This document shows positions 25,401 to 37,705 of a stretch of DNA of 64,000 nt, one piece after another; the first letter of the stretch is position 1, and each line of letters opens with the position of its first letter. A program made the translations under genes and the position numbers. The stretch covers positions 202,618,001 through 202,682,000 of the forward strand of contig NC_086097.1 of assembly GCF_963921235.1 (NCBI RefSeq), in the 5' to 3' direction. This DNA is from Mobula hypostoma (Eukaryota). Below the pieces are notes generated by a model. That model did no database searches. It was not told the origin of the DNA and saw nothing but the letters and a program-made list of their open reading frames with translations.

Positions 25401-26058
25401 CTGTTCCTACACTCTTGTTCCCCTCCTCCCTCGTGTCTAGTTTAAATCCACCGGAGCCTCTCTAGCAAACCTACCCGCAAGAATATTTGTCCCCCTCCAG
25501 TTCAGATGTAGACTGTCCCACTGGAACAGGTCCCACCTTCCCTAGAAAACTGCCCAATTATCTATAAATCTGAAGCCCTCCCTCCTGCACTATGCCTTCA
25601 GCCACATGTTGATCTGCGCTATCTTACTATTTCTAAACCCGCCTGCACATGGCACTGGTAGCAATCCTGAAATTGCTACCCTGGAAGTCCTGTCCTTTAA
25701 CTTGGCACTCAACTCCCTAAACACACCTTTCAGGACCTCCACACTCTTCCTACCCACGTCATTGGACCACGACATCGGACTGCTCACCCTCCCTCTTGAG
25801 AATACCGAGAACTCGATCCGAGATATCGTGGACCTTGGCATCAGGGAGGCAACAGACCATCCGGGATTCTCGATCTCTTCCACAGAACCTCTTATCTGTC
25901 CCCCTAACTATAGAATCCCCTATCACTACTGCTCTCCTCTTTTCCCTCCTTCCTTTCTGAGTTGAGGGTCCCATCTTGATGCCAGAGACGCAACCACTGC
26001 AACTTGTCCCTGGTAGGTCGTCCCCCTCAACAGTATCCAAAACGATGTACTTATTATT
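22455..26058 (-). mobile_element. Near full-length CR1 LINE: ORF1 esterase (SGNH-like) C-terminus, ORF2 APE endonuclease and RT, (GGTTATAT)n tail; multiply frameshifted
   Basis: VVIGDSIVRG (25759-26040), DVVAISETWL (24991-25275), GVYYRPP, GDFNFP and SDHN (24450-25007), NYRPVSLTS and DFSKAFDKV (23528-24190), RPNLEYCAQFW (22782-23114). Confidence 0.95.
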
Positions 26059-26195
26059 GGTGTCGAGTGCAATATTTTATTACTGAATGCATTATTACTG
26101 ACGTCGAGTCAGTTGTTCTGATACCATTCATCCATCTGCCTCCTTGTCACTATCTGAAATTCTGTCAACAACAGTTGTGTCATTGAAAATTTATA

Positions 26196-27062
26196 CAGTG
26201 GCATGCAAAAGTTTGGACACCCTGGTCAAAATTTCTGTTACTGTGAATAGCTAAGCGAGTAAAAGATGACCTGATTTCCAAAAGGCGTGAAGTTAAAGAT
26301 GACACATTTCTTTAATATTTTAAGCAGGAAAATTTTTATATTTCCATCTTTTACAGTTTCAAAATAATAAAAAAGGAAAAGGGCCTGAAGCAAAGGTTTG
26401 GGCAACCTGCATGGCAGTACTTAGTAACACTGCCTTTGGCAAGTATCACAGCTTGTAAACGCTTTCTGTAGCCAGCTTAGAATCTTTCAATTCTTGTTTG
26501 GGGGATTTTCACCCATTCTTCCTTGCAAAAGGCTTCTAGTTCTGTGGGATTCTTGGGCTGTCTTGCATGCACTGCTCTTTTGAGGTTTATCCATAGATTC
26601 TTGATGATGTTTAGGTCAGGGGACTGTGAGGGCCATGGCAAAACCTTCAGCTTGCGTCTCTTGTAGTAGTCCATTGTTGATTTTGAGGTGTGGTTAGGAT
26701 CATTATCCTGTTGTAGAAGCCATCCTCGTTTCATCTTTGGCTTTTTTTTTTACAGATGGTGTGATGTTTGCTTCCACAATTTGTTGGTATTTAATTGAAT
26801 TCATTCTTCCCTCTACCAGTGAAATGTTCCCCGTGCCACTGGCTGCAACACAAGCCCAAAGCATGATCGATCCACCCCCGTGCTTAACAGTTGGAGAGGG
26901 GTTCTTTTCATGAAATTCTGCACCCTTTTTTCTCCAAACATACCTTTGCTCATTGCGGCCAAATGTTCTATTAAGGAGGTTCAAAGGAACATCTAAACAA
27001 GCCTGATGCATTTTGGAAACAAGTCCTGTGGACTGATGAAGTTAAAATAGAACTTTTGGGCC
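26196..27062 (-). mobile_element. Tc1-family DNA transposon remnant: one terminus plus the C-terminal half of the DDE transposase
   Basis: Terminus ta|cagtggcatgcaaaagtttg. Protein motifs VKHGGGSIMLW, QQDNDPNH and WPSQSPDLNIIKNLW (catalytic E changed to K). Confidence 0.92.
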
Positions 27063-27559
27063 ATCAGGATTGGGACTTCTGCATTTGTGTGGGTTCTGAA
27101 ACCGGAATGCACTTCTGTAAGTCGATCCAGCAAAACAAGGGTAAATGCCATCAAGTGTCTGAACATCGAATGTTAGTATTTGCAGATCAAAGGCAGAAAA
27201 CCAAGAAGTAAAAAGATAATTTTTAATCAGTATTAAATATATTTTGTGGGAAAATGTTTTTATTTTAAAAACCATGGGATTTTTGGATATTTACTTTGAA
27301 GGATTTTACTGCACATAATTGATCTTGACATTTTAACAACCTTGTTGCAGGTCCATTTGAAGTTCTCACGAATTTACTGATTTTTAAAATTTAAGGTTTT
27401 TGTTGGGCACCCTTAGTAGACACAGTGCAACATTTTTAAGACTAGAATTGCTCTTGAGCTAGACAAAATGATCTGTGGGTATGCTACACTGGTGTCCCCT
27501 ATTACATCCCTCAGGTTGTGTTGTTTGTTAACGCAAACAATGCATTTCTCTGTATGTTT

Positions 27560-28320
27560 TGATATATAAAAGAGAGCCGCAAAACAAAGAAACACCATGG
27601 AACCTATTCAAAGAAAACATCAAACATCCAACACACCAGAAAAGAGAACAAATCACGCAAACAGCAAAAAATACACAGAATGTAAAACATGAGCCCACAG
27701 AGTCCTTGAAACAGTCTAGGAATGTTCAGTTCAACTTAGCGCTGTGTCGTCCGTTGACTGGAGGCCGCAGAGCCAGTCTGCCCTGATCAAAATCACACGA
27801 GAGCAATAGACAAAAGGAGTAACCAGAAACATTAATACCATGAACTGCAAAGTCCAGTCCACAAATCACGCCGATCAACTTGTCTAGAACTGAAGACTCC
27901 GGCACCCTTCTGCAGTAGCAGTGAGAGAGAGAGGGAGGCTGGTCAAATACAGGCATTTTCCTCCAGCAGCGGTGAGTGAGACAGAGAGAGAAACTGGTCA
28001 AACACAGGCAGATGGAACCAAACACCTGCTCGCCTTCTGCTCTATTTGTTGATTTCAGTCTCGTTTGGCGTTTTAATCGGTGAGATTGGTGAAAATTGAG
28101 TCAATCATGGGCTTGCCCTGTCTCCTGGCTTCTTGGCCTCCAGGACTCCACTGCTAACCTCATCGAACTCCCTTGGAGACAGTAAAGTACCAGATCTGTC
28201 AGTCACCCCATCAAAATGTAAATCACAGGTTCCAATTGCACACAGCTTGGTAGCAGAATCATATTTAAAAGAAGTAGTTTCGTGAGCTATTCGAAGGATG
28301 TTGCCGTTGGTCACATTACA
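27560..28320 (-). mobile_element. Non-coding interspersed repeat with REX1-like 3' sequence; appears related to 19587-20140 (+)
   Basis: Shares a 5' motif (tcac.aaactactt) with the element at ~19590 and carries the REX1-tail motif aaagaaacaccatggaacctattcaaaga. Confidence 0.4.
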
Positions 28321-29195
28321 TGTGATAAATAAATGAATTTGAATGAATCAGTAATTTATGTAAAAATAATAAAAGGGCCTGTCAAGTACATAGTCATGTA
28401 CTTATCACAGACATTGGAAATGTAGCACAAATTGATATCTGGAGCCCCTCACACACAGTGACATTGTCTTCAATGTGCTCTCCAGTGTGAGACCCAAGCC
28501 TGTTGACCATTGGTTGAAAGTGACATTGAAGCCCTAGGGTCCACACAGTTCATTACCTGGCAGTTTGTCCATTATTTGTCATCTTTCTCAAAGATCGTTT
28601 ATACCTGTTCCTAACTCATTCTTCCGACCGACCTCAAGTTTCCTGAATAATCTACGTACGTTGCTGTCACCAACTTAAATGGCCATTCGGGTTTGGTTAG
28701 CTTGACTTGATTTGCATCTTTTCTCAATATCAAACAGACAATCAGTTGTAGTAGTGGTGACACTTTATTCTGCATTCTGTTATTGTTTCCCTTGCACTAC
28801 CACAATGCACTGATGTGATGAAATGATCTGAATGGATGCCATGCAAAACACTGTTTTTCACTTTATCTTGGTACCTGCGACAATAATAAAGCAATTTAAC
28901 GAATTGGAAGATCAAATTCATGGAGGAAGCCTTTTTAATTTGTCTTAGCTCTGCAGGTTATTAAAAAACCAAAGATCCTTGTCACAGTTATTGGAAGTGC
29001 CAGCATATAGGCTACGTAATTCTTTAAAAATCTGACCCTACAATTATAATGTTACAACTGTTCACATTAATATATCAAGAATTTGTTTGGTGCTCAAGAT
29101 TGACACTAATTTTGGGATTTTGACTTACTGATGCTGAAATTGTTATCCATTTCAAAAAATGATAGGCCTGGACCTTGGCAGTTTATACAGATCAA

Positions 29196-29682
29196 CATAG
29201 AATAGTACAGCACAGTACAGGCCCTTCGGCCCACAATGTTATGCCGACCCTCAAACCCTGCCTCCCATATAAGCCCCCACCTTAGATTCCTCCATATACC
29301 TGTCTAGTAGTCTCTTAAACTTCACTAGTGTATTTCCCTCCACCACTGACTCAGGCAGTGCATTCCACGCACCAACCACTCTCTGAGTAAAAAAACCTTC
29401 CTCTAATATCCCCCATTGAACTTCCCACCCCTTACCTTAAAGCCATGTCCTCTTGTATTGAGCAGTGGTGCCCTGGGGAAGAGGCACTGGCTATCCACTT
29501 TATCTATTCCTCTTATTATCTTGTACACCTCTATCATGTCTCCTCTCACCCTCCTTCTCTCCAAAGAGTAAAGCCCTAGCTCCCTTAATCTCTGATCATA
29601 ATGCATACTTTCTAAACCAGGCAGCATCCTGGTAAATCTCCTCTGTACCCTTTCCAATGCTTCCACATCCTTCCTATAGTGA
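29196..29682 (-). mobile_element. Young CR1 3' fragment
   Basis: ORF 29403-29666 reads ALERVQRRFTRMLPGLESMHYDQRLRELGLYSLE. Nearly the same sequence as 44860-45322. Confidence 0.92.
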
Positions 29683-29844
29683 AGGCCATTATCATTCCAT
29701 TTCTGAACAATGTTTGGTCTCTCCTTGATGAAAGCAAGTTAGTTCTTTTTCTAAAATTATTTGTGGTTAAATGATTACTTGGGGGTGGAAATATAGAGGT
29801 AAGGAGAAGTAAATCCAATCAGTGCCAATTTGTTTGATTCTTAA

Positions 29845-31900
29845 TTATGAAGGTGCAGGACATATGTGTTCCAAAAGTGAATAACAAATGGCAAAATAGT
29901 ACAACAGTGGCTGACAAGGGAAGTCAAAGCTCCTGTAAAAACAAAAGAGAGGGCATACAACAAAGCAGAACTTAGTGGGAAGATAGAGGATTGGGAAGTT
30001 TTTAAAAACCTACAGAGAGAAACTAAAGGAATCATTAGAAGGGAAAAGATGAAATATGAAAACAAGCTAGCAAATAATATCAAAGTGGATAGTAAAAACT
30101 ATATCAAGTATGTCAAAAATTAAAGAGATGAGAGTGGATATAGGACTGCTAGGAAATGAGGCAGGAGAAATAATAATGGGGGACAAGGAGATGGCAGATG
30201 AATTAAATGAGTATTTTGCATCAGTCTTCGCTGTGCCAGGTGTTGTAGTGTGTGAAGTAAGAGAAGTGGGTACAGTTACTATTACAAGGGAGAAGGTGCT
30301 CTAAAAGCTGAAAGACCTAAAGATATATAAGTCACCCGACCAAATGAACTGCACCCTAGGGTTCTGAAAGAGGTAATGTTAGAGATTGTGGCGGCATTAG
30401 CAATGATCTTTCAAAAATCATTGGACTCTGGCATGGTGCCAGAGGACTGGAATTTGCAAATGTCACTCCATTCTTTAAGAAAGGAGGAAGGCAGCAGAAA
30501 GCAAATTATGGACCAGTTAGCTTGACCTCAGTGGTTGTGAAGATATTAGAGTCAATTGTTAAGGATGAGGTGATGGAGTACTTGTGACACAGGACAAGAT
30601 AGGACGAAGTCAACATGGTTTCCTCAAGGGAAAATCTTGCCTGATAAACCTGTTGGAATTCTTTGAGGAGATTGCAAGTAGGATAGATAAAGGGGATGCA
30701 GTGGATGTTGTATATTTGGACTTTCAGAAGGCCTTTGTCAAGTTGCCACACATGAGGCTGCTTACCAAGTTAAGAGCCTGTGGTATTACAGGAAAGAGCA
30801 ATGTTTCGAGCATTGCCTGATTGGAAAGAGGCTGTGGGTGGGAATAAAAGGATCTTTGTCTGGTTGGCTGCCAGTGAGTAGTGGTGTTCCGCAGGGGTCA
30901 GTGTTGGGACCGCCTCTTTTTAATCTGTATTTCAGTGATTTAGCTATGTCGCCAAGTTTGCAGATGATATGAAGATTGTTGGAGGGGCAGGTAGTGTTGA
31001 GGAAACAGGTAGGATGCAGTAGGATGCAGAAGAACTTATTAGGAGAATGGGCAAGAAATTGGCAAATGAAATATAATGTTGGAAAATGCATGGTCATGCA
31101 CTTTGGGAGTTGAAATAAATGTGCGGACTATTTTCTAAATGGCGAGAAAATCCAAAAATCTGAGATGCAAAGGGACTTGGGAGTCCTTGTGCAGAACACC
31201 CTAAGGTTTACTTGCAGGTTGAGTTGGTGGTGAGGAAGGCAAATGCAGTGTTAGCATTCATTTCAAGAGGTCTTGAGTACAAGAGCAGGGATGTGATGCT
31301 GAGGCTTTATAAAGCGTTGTTGAGGCCTCATCTTGAGTATTGTGAACACTTTTGGGATCCTCATCTTAGAGAAGATGTGCTGGCATTGGAGAGAGTCCAG
31401 AGGAGGTTTGCAAGGGTGATTTTAGGAATGAAAGGATTATCATACAACGAACATTTGATGGCTTTGGGTCTGTACTCGCTGGAATTTAGAAGGATGAGGG
31501 GGATCTCATTGAAACCTTTCGAATATTGAAAGGCCTAGCCAGAATAGATGTGAAAAGGATGTTTCCCATGGTGAGAGAGTCAAGGCCATGAGGGCATAGC
31601 CTCAGGATTGAGGAGTGCCCTTTCAAAACAGAGATGCGGAGAAATTTCTTTATCCAGAGGGTGGTGATTTTGTGGAATTTGTTGCTACATGCAGCTGTGG
31701 AGGCCAGGTTGTTGGGTGTATTTAGGGCAGAGGTTGATAGGTTCTTGATTGGACATGGTATCAAAGGTTACGGGGAGAAGGCCCAGAAATGATGTTGAGG
31801 AAGAGGGAAAAAAAGATCAGCCATGATTGAATGGCGGAGCAGAATTGCTGGGCCAAATGGGCTAATTTCTGCTCCTGTGTCTTATCATCTTAGGGTCTTA
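29845..31900 (+). mobile_element. Decayed CR1 ORF2 (RT) and 3'UTR
   Basis: [29 protein letters not shown] and RPHLEYCEHFW motifs; tail tcttatcatcttagggtctta. Confidence 0.92.
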
Positions 31901-31927
31901 ATTCTGATTAATTTGTATGTTATTCAG

Positions 31928-32083
31928 AGGAAAAAACCTACTGCAATGATGGAATTTGTCTCTTTACATGATGTGGAAGTTACTTGCAAGAGAACAAACA
32001 GCCTTGCTAAGAAATTTATGCCTTCACTTGCAAAATCATGGGACGACTGTGGGGAAGGTTTCCAAGAATTGTTACTAAAGAAG
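31928..32083 (+). CDS. SPIDR: SPIDR coding exon 2
   Basis: Bounded by ttcag|AGG...AAG|gtaaga; 156 nt, phase 0 to 0. Encodes RKKPTAMMEFVSLHDVEVTCKRTNSLAKKFMPSLAKSWDDCGEGFQELLLKK, matching recalled human SLSEAWLRCGEGFQ. Confidence 0.88.
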
Positions 32084-33510
32084 GTAAGATAATTTAACAT
32101 GTGAAGACCCCAATCTTATTTTCTACCATATCAGTGATGTTATATCTGACTTTCTGCTATATCTGCTGCTACCCTAATCTTGAGGGTTTTATGAGAGATT
32201 TTCATTCACTTTTGCATAATCTATTATGTACAAGCTAACTTAGCATTACTTGGATCATACTTCTCCCATAGGAATCATAATATGCTCGCTATACTCAGCA
32301 AGTCAGTCAGTGTCTGTAGTAGAAAAGCAGTTAAGCTTTCAGATTGATGACCGTTCATTAGCATTGGGAAAAGTTAGAGACAGATTATGTTTTATGATGC
32401 AGAGAAAGGTGAAATGGAAAAGAAGAAGTAAGTCTGGTCATATGGAAAATGGATGTGATTAAAAGGCAAAAGAATATTTAGTACAAGACAAAATAGAATG
32501 GTTAAAATAATTGCCCGGCTCTAGAGGAGGCATGGGTGGGAGAAAGGAATTATGTGAAATCACCCAAAGGAGAGAAACAAATGTGACTGTTGAAAATATG
32601 AAATGTGAATACTATTTGGAAGTGTTATATTCGTTGCTGAGTCCAAAAATTTGTAATGTGCCAAAATAGAAGATACAATGATATTACTTAAATTACTTTA
32701 TGTTCTTGGGGTGATGAACTGAGAGCATGGGTTGGTACAGGGAATTACAATATTGTGGGTTGTGGGCTTTATAGAGACTTGGCTGTCGCAGGGGCAGGGA
32801 TGGCTGCTTGATGTTCTGGTGTTTAGATGTAGGATGAAGGGCCTGTACTGAACTATGTTCTATGTAAAAGAGAAAATAATGGAAACATCATGCAGTCATT
32901 GTTTTCAGGAAATTGAATTGATATCTTTCAGTAATGACCTTGTATTAGAATAGATTTTGTTAGAATGCATTCACATGCTGTATAATAAATAACTGTTATT
33001 GTTTTAAATATACTTAACATTGACTGGCATTTCCAAAGATAACTATCAGTAATGTCATCTTCATAGACTTGTCAGTGTGTGGTAAAGTAATTGTGGCCCT
33101 GGGAATAGTATGAGTGCCGTATCAAGTAGACATTTACCCATACTTGATGCTTTGGGTTTCTGTTATTTCCCATATCAGAACAGTTGATACACTGATGTTC
33201 AGTTATTCTGATGGCAATATTTGGAAATAACCAACAGGATTAGCCAAATTATTTAGATTCAAATGGAATAAAATCTTTAACCTGTGAGTAAAACTCCTCT
33301 TTTGAAATCATTTGAATAACACAACACAACCTTTTTAAAGCATGTGTAAAGATTTAATAGTGTTTTTGTCTAATCTTTTTGATATTAGTGATATTTTGAA
33401 AAAAATTAGATCTGAAATTTGATACTTAAAATTAACTTTGATTTCTACACATTTCTTTGACTGTTTCTCGGGTGCTGGAGTGCTACTCATCTACAAATGT
33501 TTTGTAACAG

Positions 33511-33580
33511 GGTAAGAAATCTATGAGCCAAGATTTAAAAGTAGTACGGAGCTTAACACCTGCACTTCATTCTGCTGAAG
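33511..33580 (+). CDS. SPIDR: SPIDR coding exon 3 (poorly conserved linker)
   Basis: Bounded by taacag|GGT...GAA G|gtaatg; 70 nt, phase 0 to 1, open (GKKSMSQDLKVVRSLTPALHSAE). It supplies exactly the phase change needed between exons 2 and 4. Confidence 0.72.
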
Positions 33581-34289
33581 GTAATGGTTCTCATTTTAAG
33601 TGCTTGATGTAACCAGATCTCTCCCATTTTTTCCTGAAGGTGCTGACTGTCATTACGGTTTAGCTCCCATGTTGCGAGCATCTGATTGATACTCACCCAT
33701 AGTTGTCATGAATCTACACACTAGGTATAGTCTTTTCAGTTTGATTGCAAGGTGCACCAAGAATGATTCTGACCCTGTTCCTGCCTGTACGGATTTTAAA
33801 AATGGTGGGAGAATCTGTTCAGCAAGAGGCAGCAGATTTTTTTTAGTTTTATTTCCTGCCTCTCCAAGCAATGGACTCTTAGCCTGATGTGTAGCACCAC
33901 TGCTGCTGGGGTAAGGTAATTAAGTTTAGTCCATGAAATCATTTCGGGATCTTTATGGCTTAGTTCTACATGAAAAATTGAAAAAGTGCAAATAATTATT
34001 TTCCTTCTGTCTTCAGAACGTTTAAAAAAAAATAAACTGCTTGTAGTATCTTTAAATTCTTCAAATTTGTGTTTAGGTATTAGCTCAATATTAGTTCAGT
34101 TCTGTAACCAGAGAATCTAATACTTGTGCTTTTGATTGGAGCTTGATAGTGTTCTAAAGGAGGTGATTTGCAGTTAGTTGAATGCCTAATGAACGTGCTT
34201 TACCACTGTTTTGAAATTCGGCATAATGACCATGTCCTCGGGTTTCAAAAACCTGGAAGTTGTATTGTCTGAGCGAATACTAGCTATCT

Positions 34290-36800
34290 CAAAGTTCAAA
34301 GTTAATTTATTAACAAAATACCTATGTATAACCGTATGCCCGTGAGAAAATGAGATTCATTTTCTTGCAGGCATATCCAATAAATCCATAATAGAATCAG
34401 TGAAAGACCACACCAACTTGGGTGTCCAACTACTGTGCAAACGTAAAAAGAAAGTGATACTAATAAATAAATAACCAATAACCATTGATTATATGAGATG
34501 AAGAGTCCATGGAAGTGAGTTTAGGTTGTGGGAGTGAAATTATATCCTTTGGTTGAAGGGCCTGATGGTTGAGCGGTAGTAACTGTTCCTCAACTATTCC
34601 TTGTGGTGTGAGTCCTGAGGCTCTTGTACTTTCTTCCTGATGGTAACAGTGAGAAGAGAACATGATCTGGATGGTGGGGTTTGGGGGTTGGGGTGTGCTG
34701 TTGAAATGTGCTCAATGGTGGGGAGGACTTTACCTGTGATTGGTGTTTCCAAACCAGCTGTGATTGTCAGAGTTTTAGATGTCATGCCGAATCTTCGCAA
34801 ACTGCTAAGGAAGTAGAGGAGCTGCCATGGTTTTCTCGTAACTGCACTTATGTGCTTGGCCCAGGACAGATCCTTTGAGATGATGACACTGAGGAATTTA
34901 AAGTTGCTGACCTTTCCTCCTCCTGAAGTCAATAATCAGCTCCTTGGTCTTGCTGACATTGAGTAAGAGGTCCTGATGAAGGGTCTCAGCCCAAAACATC
35001 AACAGTTTACTCTTTTCCATAGATACTGCTTGACCTGCTGAGTTACCCCAGCATTTTGTGTGTTACTTGAGTAAGAGATTGTTGTTGAGGTATCACTCAG
35101 CGGATTTTCAATCTCCCTCCTACATGTTGATATGTCACCACCTTTGATTTGGCTTACAACAGTGGTGTCATCAGAAAACTTGAATATGGAATTGGAGCAG
35201 TGTTTAACCATACATTCAAAAGTGTAAAGCAAGAAGATCAGGGGGCTGAGCACACAACCTTGTGGTGCATCTGTGCTGATGGATATTATGGAGGAGATGT
35301 TGTTTACAATCAGAACTGTCTGGGGTTTGCAACTGAGGAAATCAAGGATCCAATTGCACAAGGAGATATTGAGGTTAAAGTCTTGAAGCTTGTTGCTTCT
35401 TAGGCAGGGTTGATCACCAACCTCTCAAAACACTTCATCACTGTGGATGTAACTGCTACTGAACGATAGTTGTTGAGGCAGGTTACTACGTTCTTCCTAG
35501 GGACTGGTATAATTGAACCCTAAGACTGCTGAGGTGAGAGGTTAAAGATCTCAGTGAACACTCCAGCCATTTGATCAGCACAGGTCTTTAGTACTGGCCG
35601 GTAACCCAACTGGGCCGATGCTTTTTGTGAGTACATTCTCCTGAAGGCTGCTTGCACCATAATCCTTACATAGGACTGAAATCACGGGATCATCAGTGGC
35701 TTTGTGAGTTTGTGATGGCTCCTCCATGTTTTGATGGTCAAATGAGCATAGTAGGCATTGATTGAGATCTGGAAGCGAAGTTCTGTTGACACCAGTGTCG
35801 CTTGATTTAACTTTATAAGAGATGATAGTTTTAAAGCCCTACCGCAACTGTTGAGCATCCTTCATTGATTCAAATTTAGCCCGGAATTGCCACCTTGCCT
35901 GTGAGATGGCTTTCTGGAGATCATTTCCAGACCTGTGTAACTTGGTCACTAGACCTGAATGCCTCTGATCTGGCCCTCAGCAAGTTGAGGATCTCATGGT
36001 TCATCCAGGGCTTCTGGTTGGGTAAGACTCCAAATTATTTTGTGGGGACACACTCATCTACAACTGTTTTAATAAAGTTTGTGCCAACCATGGTGTATTT
36101 ATTCAGATCCACAGAGGAGATTTTGAACACGGCCCAGTCCACTGACTCAAAGCAATCCATAGCCGCTCCTCTGGTTCCTGTAGCCACGTGTATGTTGTCC
36201 AAATCCCTGGAGATTTGCTCTTCAGTCTCTGCCTGTATGCAGATAGAGAAGGTCAAACAAGTGATCAGATTTACCAAAATGTGGTCTAGGTATGAAACAG
36301 TAGGCAGGTCTTATTTTAGAATAACAGTCATTTAATGTGCTGGAACCTTTGGTGCTACACGTTATATGCTGATGGTAAATCGGCAGGGTTTTCTTCAAAT
36401 AGTCCTGGTTGAAGTCCATGACTATGATTTGAAATGCGTCAGGATGGACTGTTTCTTGTTTCGAGACGGCATCATGCAGCATCTCAAACGCTTGATTATA
36501 ATTGGCTGCTGGTATTATGTAAACTGCAGTAAGGATTATGAAGAAGATCTCCCCAGGTAAATAGAACAGACAACATTTGACTGTTATGTGTTCACGATCA
36601 GGGAACACAAGTTCGACAAACCCACCGCATCAGAGGACCACTAAGAGTTTATCATGAAACACACAGCTGTGCCTTTTGCCTTTTCCAAATCAGCAGTTTG
36701 GTCCATTCTGTGAACCGAGAAGCCTTCAGCTCTGATTGCTGTAATGACGTGCTGGGAGAAAGCCACATCTTGTTCAAACATAGAACACAACAATCTTTCA
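34290..36800 (-). mobile_element. Decayed REX1/Babar-like LINE (endonuclease and RT remnants)
   Basis: ORFs 36222-36608 (ILTAVYI, MDFNQ, GKSDH), 34999-35361 ([26 protein letters not shown]) and 34594-34932. Confidence 0.88.
34970..35066 (+). mobile_element. 97-bp short repeat (Penelope-terminal-repeat-like) with a degenerate hammerhead core, inserted with an 11-bp TSD
   Basis: TTGAGTAAGAG is duplicated at 34959-34969 and 35067-35077. The insert begins gtc-CTGATGA-a-gggt-ctca-gccc-aaaac-atc-aac. Confidence 0.7.
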
Positions 36801-37492
36801 TTTCCCTCCGATTCAGCAATCTTGCCCCCAGGTTGATAAAATTAAAAGAGAATGGGGATTATCCAAGCAAGAATATATACTTGAGGAAGGTGAATATAAA
36901 TAACTACAAATAATTTTAGCCTTAAGGCACGAATCAGTTCGGATAAGTGCTGGCCTTTAAAATTAGGGAAATGGGCAAAATGTAATGATTATCCTCGTTA
37001 GCCAAATTTTCACCTATTATTATCATACAGAGGTTTTATACATTTCATCTTCCCACAGGATGTTTAATAAAGTTGACAGTAATTAGGATGTAGCAATGAG
37101 AGAGGAATTTTAAGGAGATAGCTGCATGTTGGTGAGTCTACTGAAAGGGATAGAATATAGAGGACTATTAGGAAATTATGGGTTCCAAATGCAGTTTTAA
37201 AATTTCTGTTTGTTACATTAATGAATTTAATTATGTTTTAATCTTTGTCTTGAGCCAAGATTTCACCACCCGAGCTAGGGCATCAACCTCCATCACTGAT
37301 TTATGTTGAAAGGGCATTTATTGTTAATGAAATGCAATATGAAAATGCAGTTTTATTCTTTGTGATGTATTTGCCTTTTGACATTAAATGTATTTTTAAA
37401 TAATATGCCAATTAATCTTCCATTACAGCTTTTGTGCATTGAATACAATCTACTAAATTTGGTTGTTTGGAACTTTTTTTTATGCTTTATAG

Positions 37493-37705
37493 GAGCAACG
37501 AATATTAGCAGTCAGAACTTGGAGGAAACTGCAGAAATTCAGTGGAGTTCCAGTGAGAGTGATTTGTCAGATGGAGAAGTAATGCCAAGTAATTCAAAAG
37601 TCAGAGAAGAAAGAAGATCTGATCTAAAAAGCCAAAGTACAGACAACACCTACCAGAAATACATCCGTATGCTCAATTCATTATCAAGTAGTCAGTCCAG
37701 TGAAG
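37493..37705 (+). CDS. SPIDR: SPIDR coding exon 4 (GC donor)
   Basis: Bounded by tttatag|GA GCA...GAA G|gcaagt; 213 nt, phase 1 to 1. Contains EIQWSSSESDLSDGE, matching recalled human DITWSSSGSDLSDED. Confidence 0.85.
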
